From NCBI GenBank assembly GCA_003427395.1, contig BFEA01000008.1:92317-152427 (forward strand): DNA of 60,111 nucleotides. Direction: 5' to 3'. Below the pieces are notes generated by a model. That model had not been told where the DNA came from and did not search any database. It worked only from the letters and a program-made list of their open reading frames with translations. The stretch comes from Chara braunii. Lineage: Eukaryota; Plantae; Charophyceae. The position numbers and the translations under genes are program-made. How positions within the stretch are numbered: the stretch's first letter is position 1; every line of letters starts with the position of its first letter. This document shows positions 25,461 to 37,345 of this stretch, piece by piece.

Positions 25461-26164
25461 CCCCCCCTCCCCCACCCCTCTCCCCCCGCACACACCCCTC
25501 TCCGCCTAGTACCCCTATCCCACCCCCCACCTTACACCCCCTCCCCTACCCCCAGTGCCTGAGGCGACATGGCTGATACTGTTAACACCTGGCCAGGAGA
25601 AGATGTTAACAGGCTGCAGCGATACCTGGCTGGAGAGAAAGTGACCAGCGCATATCTCAACCAGAGGCACTGACAGACGTCCAAGACCAGCAGGGGCTAA
25701 AAGGAGACTGGTGTGGAGGCAGGTGGGACACCAGACCCGCCACCCGCAGAGGGCCTGTGAGCACAAGAGGGACCCGAAGGAGGAACAGGGAAGACAAGGA
25801 AGTGTTGGCCAGCGTTGCAGATTGTAATGGCTAAAGATTGGATTAGAGGACAGCCGAGGAAAACAGGTACCACAAGACAGACCCACACAGGAGTCACAGA
25901 TACACCTATAAATTGTGCTCCCAGAGTCCTGGACACACCTTCCAGCGGTACCAACACACACTACGATGCCTTCAGGCGGCTGGGTACTTCTACCGGCCAA
26001 ATTTCAGTCTTTGTATGTGGTCCCTGCAGCTTGCTGCCATCTCAGCACCTGACTGTTACACGACAATAAGGGCTACCTGCGGAATGAGTAGGGTGTAACA
26101 GAATCTGCTCTCATTTTTCCTAGCAGCAGGCATGAGATACGAATATAATATCACATACTTTTGG

Positions 26165-26692
26165 GTGTCGCCGTACCGTACCCCCGTTCACCGTTCACGG
26201 GGTCTGTGGACGGAGACCGGTCATGGAGTTCACGGCGTTCGCGACACAGGAGTTCATGGAGTTCACTGAAAGCGGTATTTTTTTATTTTTATTTTTTTGG
26301 CTGGGGGGGTACGTTTTGTTTTCTATAGGAAGGTGGGGGACATCGAAGGGTAACTCCCTATAATTTTTTCAATTCGTTTTTTAAATTAAAAACGAAAAAA
26401 AAAAATCAACCAGCCAAAATAAGCATTTTCGTTTGCCATTTTGTAGGTCATTTCGTTTTTTTTAATTTTTTCAATGTCATCACGCTGTGGGGCTTGAGGC
26501 GAATGTACCTGTGGGACCCCAAAAAAAAAAATAATAATAAAATACCACTCTTTAGTGGTCGGCCCGTTCACCGTGAACGGCCATTCACAAAAAAAACACC
26601 AAATGAACGGCCGGTCACGTTCACGGGTCCGGCACGACTCCCATTTACAAAAAAGACACGGGATGGAGCCAATTGTATGTTTGTCGGCGATG
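26165..26692. mobile_element. Probable MITE with CGTTCAC/GTGAACG subterminal motifs and an AT-rich core
   Basis: Motif clusters at both ends; exact TIR and TSD not resolved. Confidence 0.55.
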
Positions 26693-27295
26693 GCAAGCAT
26701 TGATTGCCCTCTCACCAGGGGATTAACTGCCCATCAGTTTGATTGTTTGACTAGACCATATCCTTGCCCTGCTGACCCCCAGAGGAGCCCACTAAACCAC
26801 ACTGCAGTCCCTACCTACTGCAAGTGAGGTTCCTCCCCTCCCCTGCCACAAGGTGGAATCCCTGTTAATCAGCGGGAGAGACTTCATGAAACCTATAGCG
26901 CCCGGCAAGTCAGGCCATAAATGCCAAGGGCTGACCTGCTGTAATTAGAAGGACGAAAGTTATAAATCCCCCTCTCAACGAAAGCTTTGTTCGCATTTGC
27001 CCTCAAACCAGGCAAAAAGTGCGGGAGGCCCCTAAACAACCTTTTGCGTCGTTTTTGCACCCCGGAAACACTTTTTCCACCAATATGAAGCAACCATGAC
27101 ATTCACACGAATTGAGATCTGAAGCAACTTGATGGAAGCTTCCAGCGGACCATGAATTGTAAGCTCGTAGCATTCCATGACACTGTCTTGACCACAATTT
27201 GAATATGTCTGCAATCTGAAGCAACTGTAATTTGACACCAGCAGGACCAGCACATCATGATAACACAATGACACATGGAGCACTTAAGAGATTAA

Positions 27296-27976
27296 ACCAC
27301 CTGTAGTACCAGTACCTTTTTCCTCTTGAAAAACAAATCTTACGTGGTGGTTAACACGGGGTGTTGGAGCAGGGAACCCCCGGCTGTGACCGAGGGCAGG
27401 GGCAGACCGGGAATGAAGAAAAAGAAAAGGAGAAAAGTAGGGCGCTGTCATGGTTTGAGTTTCAAAATGCATTCCGGACAGGGTTTCTGCAGTCCAGTCA
27501 GCGCCCGAGTTTCAAATGCAGTTGAAACTCCGCTTTGCAGAAAAGTCGCACCGCGAAGTTTGTAATCGCAGTTCAGTCAGGTGCGTTGTCTTTTTTTTGC
27601 CCCGGGTGTGGCCAAGGCATTTCGGCCGTGGCCCAGATGCTCTTTTTCTTTTTTTTTTATCTCTTCGCATGCCTCGGCAACTCCCAAGAAAAGAAGGAAA
27701 AAAAAGCAAAAAAAAAAAGCATCTCGGCTGAGATGCTCTTCCAACTCTTCGGGCATGGCTGGGCCACGACCGAGATGCCTCGGCAACGCCCAAGAATTAA
27801 AAAAAAATAAAAAAAATACAAGGCTCACGTGCCTGACTGAACTGCAGTTACACACTCTGTGGTGCAAACTTTCTGCAGAGCCGAGTTTCGACTGCATTTG
27901 AATCTCGGGCCCTGACCACACTGCTAAAACGCAGTTTGAAATGCATTTAGAAGCACGGACGGGACGGGACGCGTAC

Positions 27977-28030
<54 letters not shown>

Positions 28031-28670
28031 TGGGAATGAATCTTCTCGCGTTGTCACGAACGATTCATTCCCATTTTGCATGTTATGAACGAACGGGGAA
28101 CCAACTATGCGCGAAGAGAGAGAGAGGGAGGGAGAGAGGAATGGGAATGAATCTTCTCGCGTCGTCAAGAACGATTCATTCCCATTTTGCATGTTATGAA
28201 CGAACGGGGAACCAACTATGCGNNNNNNNNNNNNNNNNNNNNNNNNNNNNNNNNNNNNNNNNNNNNNNNNNNNNNNNNNNNNNNNNNNNNNNNNNNNNNN
28301 NNNNNNNNNNNNNNNNNNNNNNNNNNNNNNNNNNNNNNNNNNNNNNNNNNNNNNNNNNNNNNNNNNNNNNNNNNNNNNNNNNNNNNNNNNNNNNNNNNNN
28401 NNNNNNNNNNNNNNNNNNNNNNNNNNNNNNNNNNNNNNNNNNNNNNNNNNNNNNNNNNNNNNNNNNNNNNNNNNNNNNNNNNNNNNNNNNNNNNNNNNNN
28501 NNNNNNNNNNNNNNNNNNNNNNNNNNNNNNNNNNNNNNNNNNNNNNNNNNNNNNNNNNNNNNNNNNNNNNNNNNNNNNNNNNNNNNNNNNNNNNNNNNNN
28601 NNNNNNNNNNNNNNNNNNNNNNNNNNNNNNNNNNNNNNNNNNNNNNNNNNNNNNNNNNNNNNNNNNNNNN

Positions 28671-28716
<46 letters not shown>

Positions 28717-28932
28717 CCCCTCCCTACGGTTTCATTTCTTTGCTCTGCTTTCTCGTTTTTTCTTAATAGTAGAATCTGGTTCGTTATTTTTGTTTTCATT
28801 TTGGCTTCTTAATTCTTTTCTTTATTTTTGGAAAGCAAGACTTTTGCGCTACCCGTAGCTCTAGGCTCAGCAAGACTCAGCATACCCGTAGCGGGTGGCT
28901 CGGACTTGTTAGCTGGGAAAGGTACCGGTGGT
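27296..28932. mobile_element. piggyBac-like non-autonomous composite element
   Basis: TTAA on both sides (27292-27295, 28933-28936); inverted ends ACCACC..GTACCTTT / AAAGGTACCGGTGGT. Confidence 0.55.
27461..27952. mobile_element. Foldback element, ~490 bp
   Basis: gcccgagtttcaaatgcagttgaaactc...gcagttcagtcagg is inverted at 27830-27915. Confidence 0.85.
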
Positions 28933-29240
28933 TTAAACTCAATAGAACAATGTAGTTAGAGATTTAATATCGCAGCATAACCACATCGTCAAGAAAGCAA
29001 GAAGTAAACTCCGTGCCTCAAAACATGTACTGGACCCAACCATTTCCTCTATTCTCAGGGTTGACAGTTTGGCGGCAACTCGCCGGCAAGTACATCCCTA
29101 CCTTCTCGGACTTCTCCCCTCTAGAGTCAAGGTTCAAAATCTGCACCCTGTCCTTGCCGGCCAAACTCGGTGGTCTGATGCTACTCAATGGACTATGGTG
29201 GGCCTCAGGGAAGGCCGACACTATTACTTTGAAACTCTTC

Positions 29241-29361
29241 TTTTTTTTCCCTTTTTTTTTGGGGGGGGGGGCACCATTTCTCGATTTATGTGTCATCCTT
29301 GTGCAGGGTCCATGCTAATCTTCTCTGTATCTTTCCAATTTTAATGGATGTTCTGGAGGAC
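29241..29361 (-). pseudogene. U6: Near full-length U6 snRNA retropseudogene
   Basis: Minus strand gtcctccagaacatccattaaaattggaaagatACAGAGAagattagcatggaccctgcacaaggatgacacataaatcgagaaatggt, then a C run and an A-rich tail instead of a T terminator. Confidence 0.92.
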
Positions 29362-29829
29362 ACTTTTACTCTCTTTGATGTGTATGACGCAAGCTATGTG
29401 CACATTCAATCCGAATACTCCAGTCTCCAGGAATATGAGTACACCCTCAGTCTCGGGGCCCCACACCCACCCAATTTGTTTGTTCTTCTTCCCTTCAAGT
29501 TTGTCCCACATGCCTGTGTAGCGCTCAGGCTGGCAGAGAACCAACGTACTTTGAGAAAGCCATCATCGTGACGATACTATGCAGAAAGCCATCATGATAC
29601 TCTGGAGCCACTATCGCCCAAATAGAAGGTACAGTCATTATCAGTGTATCTAGACTGAAAATTTCCCCATATACGGCTATAATTACCTTATCTTCTAGTC
29701 GGAGAATACGGTAGTTATGATGATACTATCCAGCACCGTGGTCATCAGGCTAGCAGAGGAATTGTTTCTGTCAGAGCGGCAACCGCCATTATGGTGGCAG
29801 CTGCCATGCCTGCAATTTGCTTTCAGCAA

Positions 29830-30163
29830 CCATTACGTCAAAATGGACATTTTTTATTTTTTGAACGAAATTGAAACCGAGTTTTTTGGCCGAAAACTCG
29901 TCAAAATTTGCTGTTCCTGAGGGTCCAAACACTGGACCCCCTAATTTGCTGTTCCTGAGGGTCCAAACACTGGACCCCCTGGCTGTACATGGACCTATCT
30001 TGAGACCAGGCACCTCCAGGAAGGACTGCCTGGAGGTACCTGGTCTCAAGCTAGGTCCGTGTACAGCGACCCTCAGGAACAACAAATTTTGACGAGTTTT
30101 CGGCCAAAAAACTCAGTTTCAATTTCGTTAAAAAAATAAAAGATGTCCATTTTGACGAAATGG
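29830..30163. mobile_element. Near-perfect ~330-bp palindromic element (foldback MITE)
   Basis: Arms pair from ccatt.cgtcaaaatggacat in to cacctccagg/cctggaggta, loop at ~30021-30028; the left arm carries a ~38-bp tandem duplication. Confidence 0.92.
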
Positions 30164-30430
30164 CAGTTTTTCAGGATGACGATGGATGATATGCCCCTGC
30201 CTGGCCTATTGCCTCCTCGTTCATAAAAACTTATAGGACACGGTCCCATATGTGCTCTGTTTGTGGGAGGTGGGCTAAGTGATGTTACCCTCCTTGTGCC
30301 CGGCCAGTGCGGGTTTGACCCCGTTGCTAGTGTACAATGTACATCACACTGAACCCAGCCAGTGCTTTGACCAGGAAAAGCACCAGTGGGGCCATCTCCT
30401 TGCTGTCGGTGGCCTCTGGGCTGTGACGTT

Positions 30431-31290
30431 CAACCTCACACCCTGTGCTGTCTTCCGGTCGGAGAGATAAAAAGAAAGCAAAAATATGCGGAAGAGGCCT
30501 TGAAAGAACAGAAAAATGGGGTGTACAAAGGATTTTTGGAAAATTTGAGTGTGGGGACACAGACGGAACTGAAATCCCCGTGTGGTTTCAATTTTTGTGA
30601 GAAATAGCCATAGCCCGTGGAAAAGAAGTAGCGCATAGTGCTTTCAAATGTTCGTTTAATCCGAGAAGTATCTCTGAGTCCCGGCGCCGTTCGTTACAGA
30701 GCTTGGAATCCGACATGGACGGCCTTAGCCTGCTCGCTCCTTCCTTGTGTTCGTCCTTGCCACATGCTTCGTAGTGGAACCCCTTTTCCCGATAACGTTC
30801 GGTGCGGCGGCAATCGGTGCATGAAGTGTTGGGCCAATGAGGTGCCACTGCCGTCCACGGGAAGGCAATAAGAATGAGTACGGGGGAAAGTGAGTATCAA
30901 TAATGACAAAACCAGCGCCTACGAATCCTGAGCACTTTGTTTCGGGAGGACAATAGTAGTGCTTGCCGATCTTGGCGACGGCTTTTCGCACATCCCACTC
31001 ATATACACGTGTATGTCTAATCCCCGTTATATGGGAATGGGCATGGCAGGGATACTGGAAGTCAACGCCCAGTCGGATCGAGGTAATCGGTCCACATGGC
31101 ATAAGCAAGGCTGATTGTGTATGTCTAATCAATCCATTATTCGATCAAAGGAATAAACAGACACCACACTATGCATTATCTTCCATCCACCGTGCAGACC
31201 GATCCGAGGCGTGAGTCCATGCAATCCGATCCAATCAAGAGGAAGACCATCATTCATTCACGCCAGTAGTTAAGCATGCATCGAAATTTT
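30431..31290 (-). mobile_element. Atypical retroelement, copy 2 (ORF0-containing upstream segment only)
   Basis: Homologous to 6477-7245 and 41907-42790; homology stops at the PBS position. Confidence 0.85.
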
Positions 31291-33130
31291 ACCTGGGCCA
31301 TCTGGTGGCATCGGTGCACACTTGGAAGGTGTTCGCCGGGATGGAACAGAGTTTATTAATTCAATACAGGAGCAAATTCAAGAAGATAGTCCAATTCAAT
31401 GGGAAAGATTTAAAGAGAGGATCATTACATTTTTGCACTCTAAACAGGAGATCGGACAACATATTTAGAGGTTCAGTAAAGACTGGTTGGGCGGGAAGCA
31501 AGGGGGTTGGATTGCAAAGGTAAAGTGGAAGGGAGAGAAAGGGGGGGAGGAGGTAGGGGAAGGAGAAAGGGACTACCACCTATGCTTTCAGGATTGATCT
31601 CTCTAGTTTGGCCGTTTGACAGCGCAGGGCCTGTTGGACTTCCTTCTCATTCCTCCAGTCCTTCGTCTCTTGGTTCCACAGGTCAGCCACTCTCCAGACT
31701 CTTACGCCATGCCCGACTGGGCCGACCAGATTCACTGTGCTTCGGAATCCCCGTCCATGAGAAAGGTGTGCCATTTTGTTGCTTGATGTTTGGATTGCCA
31801 AATAGGGGCTGCTGAAGTATGTATTCAGTAGATCGGGGTGGGAGGAGCTGCAGTGGGGCGAGTTGACCCCATGGGCGCAATGTAGGCGTCCACAGAGTCA
31901 ATTCTCTTTTTTACATGATGATTTCATTGAATCACTAAGTCTATTTACGAAGTTATGCATGATGTCCGGCTGCAAGAGTGCAGCCTCAACCTCTGCAAGA
32001 TCTAGCCACATTGCATCCATCAATGGACCATCATTGCTTGGAGAGCGAGGATTTTCCAGGGTTCTCTGACTCCCTCCAAAAGTAGCCAAATGATTGTGCG
32101 CAGATGCAGACCCCGTATCTGTACGTCAGGGTCGATCAGTCCCACTCCTACGATCGCCCGTGGATGTATCAGCTTGGCGCAGCGCACCCTACGGATGGTG
32201 TGGGTTGCCAGTGGGTCGTTCTTCCAAGTAAACCGGCATAAGGCTAGTCTATACTCCCGCATAGCCATCGGATCCCTTCTTGACACTGCCCCTGCGAACC
32301 ATAGTGTGGAGGATGTAGCCGCATTGGCTATGAGCACTGGACCGAACACCCCCGCTCCTAATCCCCTCGCCCATTGGCTCATCTTCCTTATGGCTGCCCG
32401 CAGGAGGTCCTCGATCTGTGTACCTTCCAAAAGCGCCTGCGGCAGAACGATGCCCAGATCAGCTGTAGCCTGTCGGGTCTGACATGGGTTGAGTGCGCAT
32501 CACTTGAAAAAGAGGGGCAGAAGCAAGGTTCGGAATCAGGGCCATTGACTTAATATGCCAAGAATTCATGATTCATCTGTTTCCCAGCATATCAGCCGAA
32601 TTGTCCCCCAAATGTCCCCCTGTTCAGGCAAGGGTTGTACTGCCATTTCCATGGTCACCATCACTGTAACAGTTCCCGTGTCGTCCGCAAAGGCCGAGGT
32701 TTTAAGGTCTTCACCTGTAGGCAGTGTTATGCCTATAAGTCGGCTGTCTGCACGAAGCTTTTGGTGAAGATGCTCCATGTATAGGGAGTAGAGCCCCGGT
32801 GAGAGGGGGGCAGCCTTGATGGACAGACCGTGTCACTTGTATCAGCTCCGCCGTATATCCATTGAGAGCAGGCTAGACGGCTGCTGAGGCCAGCAGCCGT
32901 CTTGTGGCCATGAAATAGTGCGGTCCTAATCCTCTCCTTCTCAGTCCTTCTAGGAGGAACGACCACGACACCCTGTCATAAGCTTTCTCAAAAATGAGCA
33001 TGACAAAGACCAAGGCGGGGTCGTGGCGGGGTGGCTGCTCCAACACTGGCGAGCCCGCAAAATATTCGTCATTGTTTTGCCTATGTATCCCCCGCAGTCA
33101 TGACCAACTCGGCCCGTCGTTGGGAACCCG
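31290..33130 (-). mobile_element. L1-clade LINE ORF2 relic (RT and downstream region)
   Basis: FEKAYDRVSW (~32965-32990), HQGCP (~32808-32820), LIGITLP...SAFADDT (~32680-32740), then FTWKN...LIHPRAIVGVGLID. Confidence 0.88.
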
Positions 33131-33216
33131 ACCATGGGCGGTCCGGGGAAGCCGATAATTTGTCAAATATTTAACTTTTCTAAATAATAGGCCAAAAAAA
33201 AAAATGTATATATATA

Positions 33217-34042
33217 CAGGGTTGTCGGGCCGAATGCACGGAGGCCCCTAAGCTAATATCGAAGGTTCGGGCGTTCGGGTCCCCATACGGGGCCCAAACT
33301 TGAAGGGGTTCGTACCCGCAAAAAACTATTTTAACACCTAAATATTATTATTTTTTTCTGAACGTTTTTTTGTGAGTTCTTTGTGATATAAGGTATGTCC
33401 TTTTCAATTTTGAAGCCATTCTGTTCAGCCAAACAAAATTGAAAAATCCTCAAAGATGGTGGTGTCAAAACTTGCTTGCCCACTCACTAATTTGTTTTTT
33501 CTCTCTTTTCACTTTATGTTTTTCCTTTATTTCGGGGCATCAAAAAAAATTATTATTTTTTTAAACTTTATTTGTGGATTCTCTATTACGTAAGATACAC
33601 ATATATAAATTTTCATGGCATTTGTTATAGCCAAAAAACAATGAAAAATCGCCAAAGATGGCGGTGTCAAAAACGTGCCCGCCCACTCAATAATTTCATT
33701 CTCGTTTTATTTTTTCTAATTTTCATTACTATTATTTATTTTTAGTATTTGATTTTTATTTCAAATTTGGTAAAGAATTTGGATCTAACGTTGAAGCAAA
33801 TGTTGTTTAGTTTATTCTTCTGTATAACATATCTTTTTTTCAGATGTTTTGGAATTCTTTTCTTTTTTTTTTTTTTGCCGGGGGGGGTTTTCCTTCCGGA
33901 GTTCGGGACGTGCAGAACGTTCGGGCGTTTGGTCCGTCCCCAACTCCGGCAACCCTGTACTATAGCTCCAATCATGGCCACTAATAAAATAAGACTTAGC
34001 ACTCTAACCAACTAAGCTAGTTTCCCATCTCCGGCAACCCTG
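33217..34042. mobile_element. hAT-like non-autonomous element with a duplicated right end
   Basis: TIR CAGGGTTG..CGG / CCGGCAACCCTG; TSD TATATATA (33209-33216 / 34043-34050); an additional TIR ends at 33957. Confidence 0.8.
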
Positions 34043-34384
34043 TATATATACATATAGGGTTGTAGGGTTTGAAAATCCCCACAATCCCCTTTTTTTTTTT
34101 TTCAACGTTCTTTTTTTTTTTGGAAATTAGAAAACAAAAAAAGAAGTATTATAATAGAAAACAAAGTAATAAAAAAAGGTTTTTTTTTTCATTTTTTTGT
34201 GATTGCTGATGGGATAACTATCATAAACATGTTGCACATGTTGTTTCTTTTTTTTTCTATGGACAGATGCAAAGATAAAAGGGAAAAAAGGTTAAAAAAA
34301 AAAAAAAAAAGCCAAAAACGTTTTCTTTTTCTCCTCCTCTTTTTTTTCTTTCTCTTCTTTTAGTTTTTGACACACACACATTAT

Positions 34385-34400
34385 ATTGATTGATTGAATG

Positions 34401-34436
<36 letters not shown>

Positions 34437-35200
34437 CTGATTGATTCATTGATTGATACGAAAAACAAAGCGCACGNNNNNNNNNNNNNNNNNNNNNNNN
34501 NNNNNNNNNNNNNNNNNNNNNNNNNNNNNNNNNNNNNNNNNNNNNNNNNNNNNNNNNNNNNNNNNNNNNNNNNNNNNNNNNNNNNNNNNNNNNNNNNNNN
34601 NNNNNNNNNNNNNNNNNNNNNNNNNNNNNNNNNNNNNNNNNNNNNNNNNNNNNNNNNNNNNNNNNNNNNNNNNNNNNNNNNNNNNNNNNNNNNNNNNNNN
34701 NNNNNNNNNNNNNNNNNNNNNNNNNNNNNNNNNNNNNNNNNNNNNNNNNNNNNNNNNNNNNNNNNNNNNNNNNNNNNNNNNNNNNNNNNNNNNNNNNNNN
34801 NNNNNNNNNNNNNNNNNNNNNNNNNNNNNNNNNNNNNNNNNNNNNNNNNNNNNNNNNNNNNNNNNNNNNNNNNNNNNNNNNNNNNNNNNNNNNNNNNNNN
34901 NNNNNNNNNNNNNNNNNNNNNNNNNNNNNNNNNNNNNNNNNNNNNNNNNNNNNNNNNNNNNNNNNNNNNNNNNNNNNNNNNNNNNNNNNNNNNNNNNNNN
35001 NNNNNNNNNNNNNNNNNNNNNNNNNNNNNNNNAAAAAAAAAAAAAAAAAAAAAAAAAACAGGGTTCGTTCAACCCGTGTGTGTGTGTGCGTGCTGGGGGT
35101 TTTGCGACCCCTCCCCCACAAATCAATCAATCAATCAATCAAAAAATCAATGACTCAAAAACATAGGATCAAACCCACACTATCAATCAATCAATCAATC
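34385..35200. repeat. (GATT)n and (AATC)n tracts in inverted arrangement around a gap
   Basis: Direct reading at 34385-34456 and 35120-35200. Confidence 0.85.
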
Positions 35201-35753
35201 AAGATCTTCTTTTCTTTTTTTCTTTTCTTTTTTTCTTTTCTTTTTTTCTTTTTCTTTTTCACCCACAACCCCCGGCCCACCAGAAAAAATCTTCTTTTTT
35301 TTTTTTCAATTCCAGGGGGCGGGGTCCTGGAATCCCAACCTTGATCGTCGGGACCCCCCTCCCCTCGGCCGCTGCCGGCGGCCAAAGTTTGCGACCCCCG
35401 TGGTCATGACCGCCGGCTCATGGCCTTGACCGCTGACCGCAGTCTCTACCGCCGCACCCCTCTGTCAAGGGGATTCACAGGGGATTCATAGTATCTTGCG
35501 GCCAGGGACAGATCCTGTCTCCGTTGCTTGGGTTAACTGCTTGGGTTAACTGGGGAAGATAGGAGGCAGTCTGTTCGCCTTCCTTTTTGCATAGAGCTTG
35601 TATGGTGCAGACAATAGCGAGATAGGCCTCCAATTGCGGATATCCACAGGACTCCACTTCTTATGAATCAGAATGACCGTTGCTCGGCCAAAAGCTGGTT
35701 GGGGGGGGGGGGCGTCCTTCTTACCGAGCCATTATACTTCATTAAAGCCTTGC

Positions 35754-36172
35754 AGAGTTGGGGCATGCGCTCGTCTGCGAGTGTTCCACTGGTACTCTGT
35801 CCGGTCATGCCGCCCTAGCCCATGGCATGGCATGGAGGGCCTGCCTGATCTCCTGCCCTGTTAGAGGCTGCTCCAGCGTTTGCGAGTCTTCGACACTAAG
35901 TGTTCCCATGCATTTGTTTCATATCTCCGCTTCAGGATCCTGCCTCATAGCATAGAGTTCGGGCATGCGCTCGTCTGCGAGTGAGTCTTGAGGTGTTCCA
36001 CTGGTACTCTGTCCGGTCCTGCCACCTTCCCCCATGGCATGTCATGGAGGGCCTGCCTGATCTCCTGTCCTGTTATAAGCTGCTCCAGCGTTTGCGAGTC
36101 TTCCACACTAAGTATTCCCATGCATTTGTTTCATATTCAGATTCTCCGCTTCAGGATCGTGCCTCATACTAG
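35754..36172. repeat. ~200-bp tandem duplication
   Basis: agagtt(c)gggcatgcgctcgtctgcgagtg at ~35754 and ~35954. Confidence 0.92.
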
Positions 36173-36496
36173 CATAACATCCTCTGTCCATTGGTTATCA
36201 CAGATGTAAAAAGAGCTGCTCGTAATACATGCCAACAAACTTGAGGATCTCAGGTATCGTGTCTGCTTCCGACTGAGAGGTATCAAACGGGTGGCTGAGG
36301 GAGAAGATCATCGAGGCCGACTTCTTCGTCGCCAATCTTCGGCAGAAGGGACGAGACATTCAAGTTCGTTCTTCTGCCAGCCTCAGCCATTTAGCCTTTG
36401 TTTTTTCTACCTTCGACAGTCTGCCCATGATGCATTTCGAGACATTCGTTCTTCTGCCACCCTCAGCCATTTAGCCTTTGTTTTTCCTACCTTCGA

Positions 36497-37345
36497 CGGT
36501 CTGCCCATGATGCATTTGACCGAATCGGATGGATAAGCACTCAACACGATGCCCAGAGTTAGCGAGACCCCTGTCAGTGAGAAAACTGGTTGACTTCGCT
36601 GACACCAGACCTACGATCCTAGCCGAGCGGAAGGTGAGTATGAATATGTGTGTGGAAGAGGGAGTGAAGAGAGACCGAGAGACGTACCATTGCTTCTTGA
36701 TGCTGACGTTTTCATAGTTGTCACTGTCCTTTACTGCATGTGGTAGTCGTCTCTTCCTCGATAACGATTACCCCTGCTCCTCCTCTTCAGGAATACTCAT
36801 CCGGACATAACTCGTACCACTAGCGCTTCCAAGTTGTGTGTCGCCGTGCCTATTTATTTCCCAGAGTTCACGTAGCCGAGTACTACATGCATAAATTCGA
36901 GAACAAGTGGTACGAGTTATGTCGAATTTTTAAAATAAAAAATAAAATAAAAAAAGGTTATGTCGAATTTAAGTAGCTTTCGAGCACAAGTGGTACGAGT
37001 CATGTCCGGATGAGTATTCTTGAAGAGGAGCAGCAGGGGGGATCCAGGAAGAAACGACTACCACATGCAGGCAAGGACAGTGTCGATTATGAAATCCAAT
37101 GCCATCATCAACAATCACTGCAATTGTAAGCATCTCTTTCTCTCTTTCTCGCTTTCTCTCTTTCTCTCTTTCTCTCTTCCTTCCCTCTTCCACATACACA
37201 TTCATACTCACCTTCCGCTCGGCTAGGATCGTAGGTTTGGTGTGAGCAAAGTCGACCAGTTTTCTCACTGACAGGGGTGTCACTATCTGCGCATCGTGGT
37301 GAGTGCTTATCCATCCGATTCGGTCAAATGCATCCTGGGCAGATT
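36497..37345. repeat. Large inverted repeat (arms ~330 bp) flanked by 80-bp x2 and 29-bp x4 tandem repeats
   Basis: gaccgaatcggatggataagcac...cctacgatcctagccgagcggaaggtgagtatg is inverted at 37200-37325. Confidence 0.92.

Noticed and set aside
26975-27090. Minus frame YWWKK...TQKVV*...KCEQSF resembling a hAT dimerisation domain
   Set aside because: The spacing is suggestive but intervening residues do not fit and no other transposase motifs are nearby
22821-35166. Long X-containing ORFs
   Set aside because: They span assembly N gaps
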